This document shows, one piece after another, positions 1 to 7,007 of a stretch of DNA of 30,496 bases. This DNA comes from Cloacibacterium sp. (GTDB taxonomy: Bacteria; Bacteroidota; Bacteroidia; Flavobacteriales; Weeksellaceae). The notes under the pieces are model-generated. The model saw only the letters and a program-made list of their open reading frames with translations. It was not told where the DNA came from and ran no database searches. Position numbers and translations under genes: made by a program. The DNA lies in the NCBI GenBank assembly GCA_017995195.1, contig JAGOJI010000018.1, forward strand, positions 1 through 30,496. Reading direction: 5' to 3'. Within the stretch, counting starts at the first letter, position 1, and the number at the start of each line of letters is the position of its first letter.

Positions 1-162
1 TGAAATGATTTGGGAAAATAATGTTAATTTTGAATCCATAAGAAGGTTTTTTTGTTGTACAACCTCAAAGATACTTTGAGTTACTTTAATTCCTTCTTAT
101 TTTTTTATTTAGGACGCTATTGAAAAGAGATTATATTTTTCTCATTAATTCCTGTAATTACC

Positions 163-843
163 ATGGTTTCAGGTGGCATCGGGGCAATGTACAAAAAGCC
201 GTCCGGTGCCTTTAGAAGTATCATATTACATTTTGCGGCAGGTGTTGTGTTTTCGGTAGTTGCCGTAGAAATTTTACCGGATGTTGTGAAAGAACACGAA
301 CCTGTTTATGTTATTATAGGTTTTAGTTTAGGGTTATTTACCATGTTGATGATCGAACGATTTACCAAACCTAAAGAAGTAGAATCCGCCGAAATGGAGA
401 ACGACAATCTGTTACCTATTGGCTTATTGGTTGCTATTTCGGTAGATGTATTTATTGATGGGTTATTATTAGGAATCAGCTTTTCGGCAGGTAGCAAAGA
501 AGGAATGTTGCTGGCATTTGCTTTGGCATTAGAACTGCTCTCACTTGGTATGGCTACAGCAATTGAGCTACGAGACAAAGGTTTATCTAAATTTAAAACC
601 ACGGGATTTATTGCCGGAATTGGCGTGATCTTCTTTATCAGTGCAGTATTGGGTGCTAAATTTTTAAATCATCTGCCTCCTCAATACATGACTTTGATTT
701 TATCTTTTGGTTTATCTGCCCTAATTTTCTTAGTTACCGAAGAATTACTACAAGAAGCTCATGAAGAAAAGGAATCGATATGGCAAACGGTAATATTTTT
801 CGCAGGATTTTTACTATTTGTAATTTTAGGAATGATGGTTTAG
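163..843 (+). CDS. ZIP-family-like divalent metal cation transporter (divergent; TM1 'EILPD' and TM8 'TEELL' motifs present, canonical HNxPEG motifs absent)
   Basis: 226-aa polytopic membrane protein. Its N-terminal 'AAGVVFSVVAVEILPD' and C-terminal 'LVTEELLQEA' resemble the ZupT TM1 (ExLP) and TM8 (DELxP) motifs. The central helices read 'IDGLLLG'/'ALELLSLG' where ZupT has 'HNFPEG'/'HNIPEG'. ATG start at 163 with a terminator hairpin downstream. Confidence 0.55.
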   Translation: MVSGGIGAMYKKPSGAFRSIILHFAAGVVFSVVAVEILPDVVKEHEPVYVIIGFSLGLFTMLMIERFTKPKEVESAEMENDNLLPIGLLVAISVDVFIDGLLLGISFSAGSKEGMLLAFALALELLSLGMATAIELRDKGLSKFKTTGFIAGIGVIFFISAVLGAKFLNHLPPQYMTLILSFGLSALIFLVTEELLQEAHEEKESIWQTVIFFAGFLLFVILGMMV

Positions 844-880
844 TGTGAAACAGCTCGACTCTATTTTATTACAATAAATA

Positions 881-941
881 CATAACTCTCTGTAAGAAAG
901 GGCTGTTTTCTATTATGAAAACAGCCCTTTTTAGAGTTATG
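881..941 (+). terminator. Rho-independent terminator hairpin after the ZIP-like gene
   Basis: Inner stem aaagggctgtttt / aaaacagcccttt (about 897-930) with loop tattatg, followed by tt. It is extended by an outer complementary pair cataactct / agagttatg. Confidence 0.6.
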
Positions 942-987
942 TCTAAGGAAAAAACTAAATACTAAACTTTACAGGTATCTTCTGAAA

Positions 988-1044
988 TCTTTCTAAGAAT
1001 TCTTCCAATTCCGCTTCTTGCAAAACATGTTGGCTGTAGTAACA
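988..1044 (+). repeat. Dispersed ~55-bp repeat, copy 1 (core tttcTaAGAaTTCcTTcAAyyCCGCnTcTTGCAAAn(0-3)cATGTTrnCtGtAG)
   Basis: Aligned by eye against the copies at about 1284-1340 and 2197-2256. All three are in the same orientation, share the TTGCAA palindrome core, and end in ATGTT(A/G). Confidence 0.5.
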
Positions 1045-1083
1045 ATTAATCATAATAAAATCAGAAATACTTGCGATTAACAT

Positions 1084-1113
1084 ATATTTTGTATTTTATT
1101 TCGTACAAAATAT
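1084..1113. promoter_or_regulatory. 10-bp perfect inverted repeat ATATTTTGTA-N10-TACAAAATAT, plus direct repeat GTACAAA x2 (candidate dimeric regulator operator)
   Basis: Read directly from the sequence: atattttgta ttttatttcg tacaaaatat, then gtacaaa again at about 1114-1120. It lies in a ~500-bp non-coding gap with no flanking gene start. Confidence 0.3.
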
Positions 1114-1283
1114 GTACAAATCTTATCACATACAAACTTTATGGCAGTTCTTTGGCATTACTGCAAACAACGGAAAGAGGGCTTTGCGAAACCGAAGGTT
1201 CAGCATAGCCAATGCTTTTTCGTGAAACTAAACTACAAAAAAAATTGTGGAACGAAAAAGCAGGTGCGACTAAATACAAGTAA

Positions 1284-1340
1284 TAGTTCTACTATTCCTT
1301 TAACCCCGCCTTTTGCAAATACAATGTTAGCAGAAGTATC
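1284..1340 (+). repeat. Dispersed ~55-bp repeat, copy 2
   Basis: taatagttctactattcctttaaccccgccttttgcaaatacaatgttagcagaag. It abuts the stop codon of the antitoxin gene (1344) on the opposite strand. Confidence 0.5.
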
Positions 1341-1343
1341 TTT

Positions 1344-1643
1344 TTACAGGTTAATTCCAAGATTTAGTTTTCCTCCAAGTCCAATTTCTACAATTTTTTG
1401 CAGTGTTGAAAGTCTAACATCTTTAATGTTATTTTCTACTTTTGAAATATAACCTTTATTAGTTCCACACTTTTCAGCAAGTTGTTCCTGAGTAAGACCT
1501 TTTTCAAGTCTTGCTTGCTGAATTAAAACTCCGAGTTTGAATTCTTCGTATCCTTTTTCAAATTCATCTCTTTTTTTTGTTCCCTTTTTTCCATATTCTT
1601 TGTCAAGAATTTCTGTTAGAGAAGTTAAATTTTTATTTTTCAT
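1344..1643 (-). CDS. XRE-family HTH DNA-binding protein, HigA-like antitoxin
   Basis: 99 aa. HTH_XRE signature 'LARLEKGLTQEQLAEKCGTNKGYISKVENN'. It lies immediately downstream of, and overlaps by 11 nt, a Gp49/RelE-fold toxin gene on the same strand. Confidence 0.75.
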   Translation of the reverse strand: MKNKNLTSLTEILDKEYGKKGTKKRDEFEKGYEEFKLGVLIQQARLEKGLTQEQLAEKCGTNKGYISKVENNIKDVRLSTLQKIVEIGLGGKLNLGINL

Positions 1644-1977
1644 TTTCGTATTCTTCTTTAATTTTTAATGCCATTTCAATCTCCTTTTTTGGTGTTTTCT
1701 GCGTTTTCTTTTGAAATCCGTTTGTTAGAACAACAAGTTTTCCCTCGTCAAAAAAGCAAAAAATTCTAAAAATATCACTTCCAAACTGAACTCTTATTTC
1801 ATAAAGTCCGTTTGTTCCTTCTATATGTTTGAAGTATTCAACTGGAATTTTATCAACAGTTTCAATAACCATAAAAGTCCATAATATTTTCTCTTTTACC
1901 TTTGGCTTCTGCTTTTGGAAGAAGTCAAGGAAGTAATTTTTATAAGCAAAAATATTTCTAATTTTCTTTTCTTCCAT
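1633..1977 (-). CDS. Type II toxin, RelE/ParE superfamily (Gp49-like/HigB-like)
   Basis: 'MEEKKIRNIFAYKNYFLDFF...NGLYEIRVQFGSDIFRIFCFFDEGKLVVLTNGFQKKTQKTPKKEIEMALKIKEEY' fits the phage Gp49-like (PF05973) pattern (GLYELR...YRI.Y.F......LLH.F.KK.QKTP..EI..A). The internal ATG at 1975-1977 is taken as the start because the ORF-track N-terminus extends upstream with no matching residues. Confidence 0.8.
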   Translation of the reverse strand: MEEKKIRNIFAYKNYFLDFFQKQKPKVKEKILWTFMVIETVDKIPVEYFKHIEGTNGLYEIRVQFGSDIFRIFCFFDEGKLVVLTNGFQKKTQKTPKKEIEMALKIKEEYENEK

Positions 1978-2120
1978 ATCGTTTACAAAAATACAAAAAG
2001 TTGCCCAAATGAACAACTTTTATTTTTACGCAAAATTTTTATGATATTTCTGCTAACGGAAAAAGTATTTGCGAAGGGCGGACTACTGCAACCGAGAGTG
2101 GAGAGGAGAACCAAACGCTA

Positions 2121-2180
2121 GCAAAAACTTTTTCCATTTTTTAAAATTACGAAAAAACTAAAAAATGGAAAAGTTTTTGC
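2121..2180. repeat. Near-perfect 20/21-bp-stem inverted repeat (gcaaaaactttttccatttttt ... aaaaaatggaaaagtttttgc) with a ~17-nt loop
   Basis: Read directly from the sequence. One-nt bulge. It sits between the 3' end of the tonB-C-like gene (stop at 2259) and the TA operon promoter region. It may act as a terminator or insulator on the minus strand, but there is no canonical U-tract. Confidence 0.5.
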
Positions 2181-2196
2181 GGGTATTTTCTACAAA

Positions 2197-2256
2197 TATT
2201 TCTGAGATTTCCTTCAACCCCGCATCTTGCAAAGCCCATGTTATCTGTAGCACTTT
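2197..2256 (+). repeat. Dispersed ~55-bp repeat, copy 3
   Basis: tatttctgagatttccttcaaccccgcatcttgcaaagcccatgttatctgtagcac. It abuts the stop codon of the 2259-2924 gene on the opposite strand. Confidence 0.5.
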
Positions 2257-2258
2257 TT

Positions 2259-2924
2259 TTAGTTCAATTTAACAGGAAAAGCAAAAACATAGTTTATTTT
2301 TTTTCCATCACTTTCAGCAGGAATCCAATTTCCACTTGTTTTGTAAAGTGCAATTTTTGCCAAAGTATTCAATTCCAAATTATCTCCTTTCGCTTCAACT
2401 TTTCGTATATTTCCATCTGTATCAATAACAAAAGTTAAGATTGTTCTTAATGGAACATCTTGCATATTATAAAAGTATGGTAAGTTTTCATAATTGAATA
2501 ATTTTGCAAAATCATTTCTAAAACCACCAATTCCACCATTTTTATACTCAATTTGCTTCTCAATAGTTTTAGGTATTTCTGCATTAACTTTTGTTAGTCC
2601 TTCTACTTTTTCACCTTTCTCTGCTCTTTTTATTTTTTCAATAGTTTCATAATTTCTTTTAAGTTCTTCAAAACTTAACTTGCTTCCGACAATCAAGCTG
2701 TCTTTCTGATAATATTTTTCAAGAATTTTATTATACTCTGAAATTCTTTCCTTGTTAAGTTCTGATAAAATTGGGAGATATTTTTTAGGTCTTTTATTTT
2801 CTCTTTTTATTTCGTCTGCTTTATTGTTAAAAATATTGTCAATTTTATTTATTTCTTCAATTTGTGCTGACAAATGACAAAAATTTACTGTTAAAATTAT
2901 TGTTAATATAAACTTTATTTTCAT
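2259..2924 (-). CDS. Secreted protein with TonB C-terminal-like domain
   Basis: Signal peptide 'MKIKFILTIILTVNFCHLSAQ' starting at the internal ATG. A K/E-rich coiled-coil middle region. The C-terminal ~70 aa ('LRTILTFVIDTDGNIRKVEAKGDNLELNTLAKIALYKTSGNWIPAESDGKKINYVFAFPVKL') resemble a TonB_C fold. Confidence 0.5.
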   Translation of the reverse strand: MKIKFILTIILTVNFCHLSAQIEEINKIDNIFNNKADEIKRENKRPKKYLPILSELNKERISEYNKILEKYYQKDSLIVGSKLSFEELKRNYETIEKIKRAEKGEKVEGLTKVNAEIPKTIEKQIEYKNGGIGGFRNDFAKLFNYENLPYFYNMQDVPLRTILTFVIDTDGNIRKVEAKGDNLELNTLAKIALYKTSGNWIPAESDGKKINYVFAFPVKLN

Positions 2925-2978
2925 TTTATACGGTTTTTTTGATAGTGTTACAGATAACAAAAAAATAGATGAAAATTA

Positions 2979-3947
2979 CTACAGCATTTTGAGGTTATTT
3001 ACTTCCAGTTCTGTTAAGATTCTCCAATGTCCTCTTTTGATATTTTTCTTGGTGAGTCCTGCAAAAACTACCCTATCCAAGGCTTCAACTTCATAGCCCA
3101 TTCTTTGAAAAATACGGCGAACTACTCTATTCCAGCCTATATGAATCTCTATTCCTACTTCATTTTTAGGCTTTCCTTCAATGAACGAAATGCTATCTAC
3201 CTCAGCAACTCCTTCTTCTAAACGAATTCCTTCGGCAATGGTGTGCAAATCTTCGGTAGAGAGTTTTCTATCCAAAGTTACGTGGTATATTTTGCGAACG
3301 CCAAAAGAAGGATGGGTGAGTTTTTTGGTTAAATGTCCATCATTGGTTAGCAATATAAGCCCTGTTGTTTGCCTGTCGAGCCGTCCTACTGGAAATAGGC
3401 GATATGGCGAAGCATTTGCCACCAAATCCATTACGGTTTTTCGAGCTTTTTCGTCTTTGGTTGTAGAGATATAGCCTTTTGGCTTATTGAGCAATACATA
3501 TACAGGTTTTTCGGGAGTTATTCCTTGTCCGTCGAACACCACTTTATCGGTTTTCTCTACTTGATATCCCATTTCGGTAACCACTTTTCCGTTTACTTCT
3601 ACCAAACCTTGTGTAATAAGTTCATCGGCTTCTCTTCGGCTACAAATTCCTGAATTGGCAATGTATTTGTTAAGACGAATGGTATCTTTTTCTACCTGTT
3701 TGGTAATTTTAGCCAACTTTCTCTTTAGGATAAAAGATTTGGCTTTATCTTCGTTTTCGTCCGGTTTTTTATAGAATTTTTTGGCAGGGAATTTTTTGTC
3801 TCCTTTCTCGTACTTGTCACGAGAATCAAATGATTTAGCTCCTCTATTGTTAGATTTTGAGCCACGAGAATTGTCCGTTCCTCTTCTGTTTCCTTCTGTT
3901 TTATTTGATTTTCCTCTATCCGAAAAACTTTTTCTTTCTCTACTCAT
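2979..3947 (-). CDS. rluB: Pseudouridine synthase, RsuA/RluB family (S4 domain + PseudoU_synth_2), with basic N-terminal extension
   Basis: S4 motif 'KYIANSGICSRREADELITQGLVEVNGKVV'. Catalytic region 'NKPKGYISTTKD...GRLDRQTTGLILLTNDG'. Confidence 0.8.
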   Translation of the reverse strand: MSRERKSFSDRGKSNKTEGNRRGTDNSRGSKSNNRGAKSFDSRDKYEKGDKKFPAKKFYKKPDENEDKAKSFILKRKLAKITKQVEKDTIRLNKYIANSGICSRREADELITQGLVEVNGKVVTEMGYQVEKTDKVVFDGQGITPEKPVYVLLNKPKGYISTTKDEKARKTVMDLVANASPYRLFPVGRLDRQTTGLILLTNDGHLTKKLTHPSFGVRKIYHVTLDRKLSTEDLHTIAEGIRLEEGVAEVDSISFIEGKPKNEVGIEIHIGWNRVVRRIFQRMGYEVEALDRVVFAGLTKKNIKRGHWRILTELEVNNLKML

Positions 3948-4049
3948 TTTCTGAAATATTTCTGCAAAGGTACGGATTTTTTAAGATGGGTTAAATAGTA
4001 ACAACTCATAAAAAAATCTCAACTTAAAATAAAGTTGAGATTCTAACTA

Positions 4050-4982
4050 TTAATGTTTGTGTTCCGACGGTGGTGGCGGATAGTTTCCTTTATCGGCATC
4101 TGCTAATTTGTTTGCAGAAGTCATTGCAACAACCAAATCATTCAGCATACTACTGGCTGCGGTAGGTGTATTGGGCAAAAGCACCAAGTTCGAACGGTTG
4201 TTGGCTCCTACTGAATGAAGAGTGTCATAATGCTGGGTAACCACAATAAGTGCAGATGCTTCTTGTGCATTGATATTGACACCATTCAGCATTTTTACCG
4301 ATTCTTCCAGACCTTTGGCTATTTCTCTTCTTTGGTCTGCAATCCCTTGTCCTTGTAGTTTTTTGGATTCAGCCTCAGCTTTTGCTACCGCTACAATTCG
4401 TATTCTTTGTGCTTCAGACTCGTATTCTGCGGCTGTTTTTTCTCTTTCGGCTGCATTGATACGGTTCATGGCATGTTTCACTTGTTCGTCGGGGTCAATA
4501 TCGGTAACCAATGCCTTAATAATATCGTATCCATAGCTTTCCATAGCTTCTTGTAGCTCTGCTTTTACGGCAATAGCAATATCATCTTTTTTGAGGAAAA
4601 CATCATCTAATTTGAGTTTAGGAACCTCTGCTCTTACCACATCAAAAACATAAGAAGTAATCTGATCGTGAGGATTTTCTAATCGGTAATAAGCATCGCT
4701 CGCTTGGGTTCTGATGACTTGAAACTGTACCGAAATTTTCATTTTTACAAACACGTTGTCTAATGTTTTGGTATCAATCATCACGTCCAGTTGCTGAATT
4801 CGGAGATTCAACCTTTTGGCAATTCTGTCTACATAAGGTATTTTGAGTTGTAAACCCGCATGCCTCACCGAGTGAAATTTACCCAAACGTTCTATAATAA
4901 CGGCGGTTTCTTGTTTCACAATAAAAAATGACGCCAACAATGTGACGAGTACTAAAAAAATAATAATTCCTAAATATGGCAT
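4050..4982 (-). CDS. SPFH/Band-7 (stomatin/prohibitin-like) membrane protein
   Basis: N-terminal TM helix followed by an SPFH domain ('AVIIERLGKFHSVRHAGLQLKIPYVDRIAKRLNLRIQQLDV...') and an Ala/Glu-rich coiled coil. The ORF-track first codon is TTG; the ATG (MPYLG...) lies 6 nt in. Confidence 0.85.
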   Translation of the reverse strand: MPYLGIIIFLVLVTLLASFFIVKQETAVIIERLGKFHSVRHAGLQLKIPYVDRIAKRLNLRIQQLDVMIDTKTLDNVFVKMKISVQFQVIRTQASDAYYRLENPHDQITSYVFDVVRAEVPKLKLDDVFLKKDDIAIAVKAELQEAMESYGYDIIKALVTDIDPDEQVKHAMNRINAAEREKTAAEYESEAQRIRIVAVAKAEAESKKLQGQGIADQRREIAKGLEESVKMLNGVNINAQEASALIVVTQHYDTLHSVGANNRSNLVLLPNTPTAASSMLNDLVVAMTSANKLADADKGNYPPPPSEHKH

Positions 4983-5096
4983 AATCAAATTGTTTTATAA
5001 ATATTCAAATTTCAGTTCTAATCTTGTTAACAGTCTTTAATCTATATCAAAATTAGTATCCTAATCCTGTTTTTTGTTACATTTCAAAGAATCAGT

Positions 5097-6452
5097 CTAC
5101 ATGGTCATTCCTATGTCAATCCCTTTTATTTTTCGGTAAAGGTCGGTAGCAAAGTTGTCCGTCATCCCCGAAACAAAATCCAAAACACCCAATACTCTAT
5201 CATAAACTTCTTCATTTTCGTAATAGAATTGCTTAGGCATAAGTTGCAAGGCTTTTTCATCTGATTTTCTGCGGGCTTGCTTTTCCAAAATTATTGGTGG
5301 GATAAGGTGGTTTAGCAATTCATACATCACATTATAACCTGCATTTTCAATTTCAACAACGGCTTTATGATTATAAATTTTTTCGATAGAAAAACTTTCA
5401 ACTTCCTGTAGTGGTGTACATTCGTTTCTGAAAATATCCAACAAAGAAGTCTCTAAAGTACCGTTGATTATTTTATTAAAATTAAGTTGATACAAGGTTA
5501 TCGACTTGTTAATCAAAGCATTAATTACCTTTGCTCTCAAATAAGAAATTCTTTCGTTTTTATTTGAAATAATGGAGAGTTTGTTCTCTATTCTTTTCAA
5601 ATCGCTGTCACCTGCAGATTTTATAACGTCATAAAAGAGATTCTCACAGTCCGATGTAGAAATAATTCCTAAACGGTGAGCATCTTCCATATCTATAATA
5701 TTGTAGCAAATATCATCTGCCGCTTCTACTAGCCAAACGAAAGGGTGTCTTTTAAAAATAACCGGTTCGCTACTCTCCATTTGCATTTGTGTACTGCGTG
5801 CCATTTCCAAAAAAGTAGATTTTTCACTCTGAAAAAAACCGAATTTTTTGCGATGAAGATGCCCCTTTTTCTTGGCAATAGCTTCACAAGGATATTTGGC
5901 AATACTTGCCAAAGTAGTCATAGTAAGCTGGATACCTCCTTCGTCTTTTCCATTTTGTTGATGGGTAAGTACGCGTATTGCATTGGCATTTCCCTCGAAA
6001 TTTACCAAATCTGCCCATTGTTTCTCTTGAAACAAGTGTTTTAAATCGGACTCATTTTTTTCGAAATAGCTGGCAATAGCATCTTCTCCCGAATGCCCAA
6101 ATGCAGGATTTCCTACATCATGACACAAACATGCTGCCGCAACAACATTATTCAGATTATGGAGGTAAAAATTTTTGGCATTCTCATTCAAATCTCCTCC
6201 AAATTGATTGGCAATAAATTCTCCTGCCAAACTTCCCAAAGAACGCCCAACTGAAGACACCTCCAAAGAGTGTGTAAGTCGGTTGTGTACAAAAACACTT
6301 CCGGGAAGTGGGAAAACCTGAGTTTTGTTCTGTAGCCTTCTGAAAGATGCCGAAAAAATAATCCTGTCAAAATCCCGTTGGAAGTCGGTTCTTGAAACCA
6401 CTAAATTTTCGTTGTTACCCGTACGTTGGTTGGTAAAGAGTCGGTTGAGCAT
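5097..6452 (-). CDS. dgt: dGTP triphosphohydrolase-like HD-domain protein
   Basis: HD motifs 'HNRLTHSLEVSSVGRSLG' and 'CLCHDVGNPAFGHSGE'. 451 aa. Confidence 0.85.
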   Translation of the reverse strand: MLNRLFTNQRTGNNENLVVSRTDFQRDFDRIIFSASFRRLQNKTQVFPLPGSVFVHNRLTHSLEVSSVGRSLGSLAGEFIANQFGGDLNENAKNFYLHNLNNVVAAACLCHDVGNPAFGHSGEDAIASYFEKNESDLKHLFQEKQWADLVNFEGNANAIRVLTHQQNGKDEGGIQLTMTTLASIAKYPCEAIAKKKGHLHRKKFGFFQSEKSTFLEMARSTQMQMESSEPVIFKRHPFVWLVEAADDICYNIIDMEDAHRLGIISTSDCENLFYDVIKSAGDSDLKRIENKLSIISNKNERISYLRAKVINALINKSITLYQLNFNKIINGTLETSLLDIFRNECTPLQEVESFSIEKIYNHKAVVEIENAGYNVMYELLNHLIPPIILEKQARRKSDEKALQLMPKQFYYENEEVYDRVLGVLDFVSGMTDNFATDLYRKIKGIDIGMTM

Positions 6453-6649
6453 TTTTTATAGTTAATAAAGTCCAAATATCGGGATATTATTTTAAAACTA
6501 AAAGAACTGCCCAAACACATTAAAACTTCACTAAGTCATGAGTTGTAAAGTTATAGCTTGGATTATAAAATTACTTCATGAGATAGTGCCACCATAAATA
6601 TTGCAATTTCACAACTTTTTTCAAAAAATCGAAATTAATTTTAACCGTA

Positions 6650-7003
6650 CTAAAGAACATATTTACTGTAAATGAAAGCTCCTGCAATTACCGATAAAAT
6701 AGCCGATAAAACAACAGCTCCCGCCGCCATATCTTTGATTTTACCTATCCGTACATCAAAATCGGGGTGTATAAAATCGCAAATTTTTTCTATACAGGTA
6801 TTGAGAATTTCTGTAATTAGCACCATGGCACAAAGCATAAGAATCAAAACCGTATCTGTAGTGGAAAGTCGCAGTATCAATATCAAAACTATATTGGTGA
6901 GTAGTGCCAGTAATTCCAACTGAAAATTTCTTTCAGATTTCAACATCAAAAACAAACCACGAAAAGCATGGAAAAAACTTTTGTATAATGCAGGTTTTCT
7001 CAT
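6650..7003 (-). CDS. dgkA: Diacylglycerol kinase (DgkA family)
   Basis: 117-aa protein with three TM helices and DgkA-like motifs ('FRGL...E.N', 'EILNTCIEKICDFIHPD', 'KIKDMAAGAVVLSAI'). Confidence 0.7.
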   Translation of the reverse strand: MRKPALYKSFFHAFRGLFLMLKSERNFQLELLALLTNIVLILILRLSTTDTVLILMLCAMVLITEILNTCIEKICDFIHPDFDVRIGKIKDMAAGAVVLSAILSVIAGAFIYSKYVL

Positions 7004-7007
7004 GAGT

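Noticed and set aside
306-602. 98-aa minus-strand ORF inside the ZIP-like gene
   Set aside because: Entirely antisense to a well-supported membrane-protein CDS. The translation is low-complexity and Ser/Asn-rich. Typical shadow ORF.
1141-1452. 103-aa plus-strand ORF in the gap downstream of the antitoxin
   Set aside because: Overlaps the antitoxin 3' end antisense. Contains repeat copy 2, whose sequence is conserved at the DNA level and not the protein level. No recognisable domain. Probably non-coding.
988-2256. Interpreting the ~55-bp repeats as integron attC sites
   Set aside because: The copies lack the imperfect internal inverted-repeat architecture (R''-L''...L'-R') and the GTTRRRY core of attC. 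Only a 6-bp TTGCAA palindrome is present, and there is no intI-like gene. Cassette-like behaviour remains possible, but not via a classical integron.
2238-2438. 66-aa ORF starting at the ATG inside repeat copy 3
   Set aside because: Runs antisense through the 3' end of the tonB-C-like gene. The three repeat-initiated peptides (MLAVV.., MLAEV.., MLSVA..) diverge immediately, which argues for a DNA-level element rather than a conserved leader peptide.
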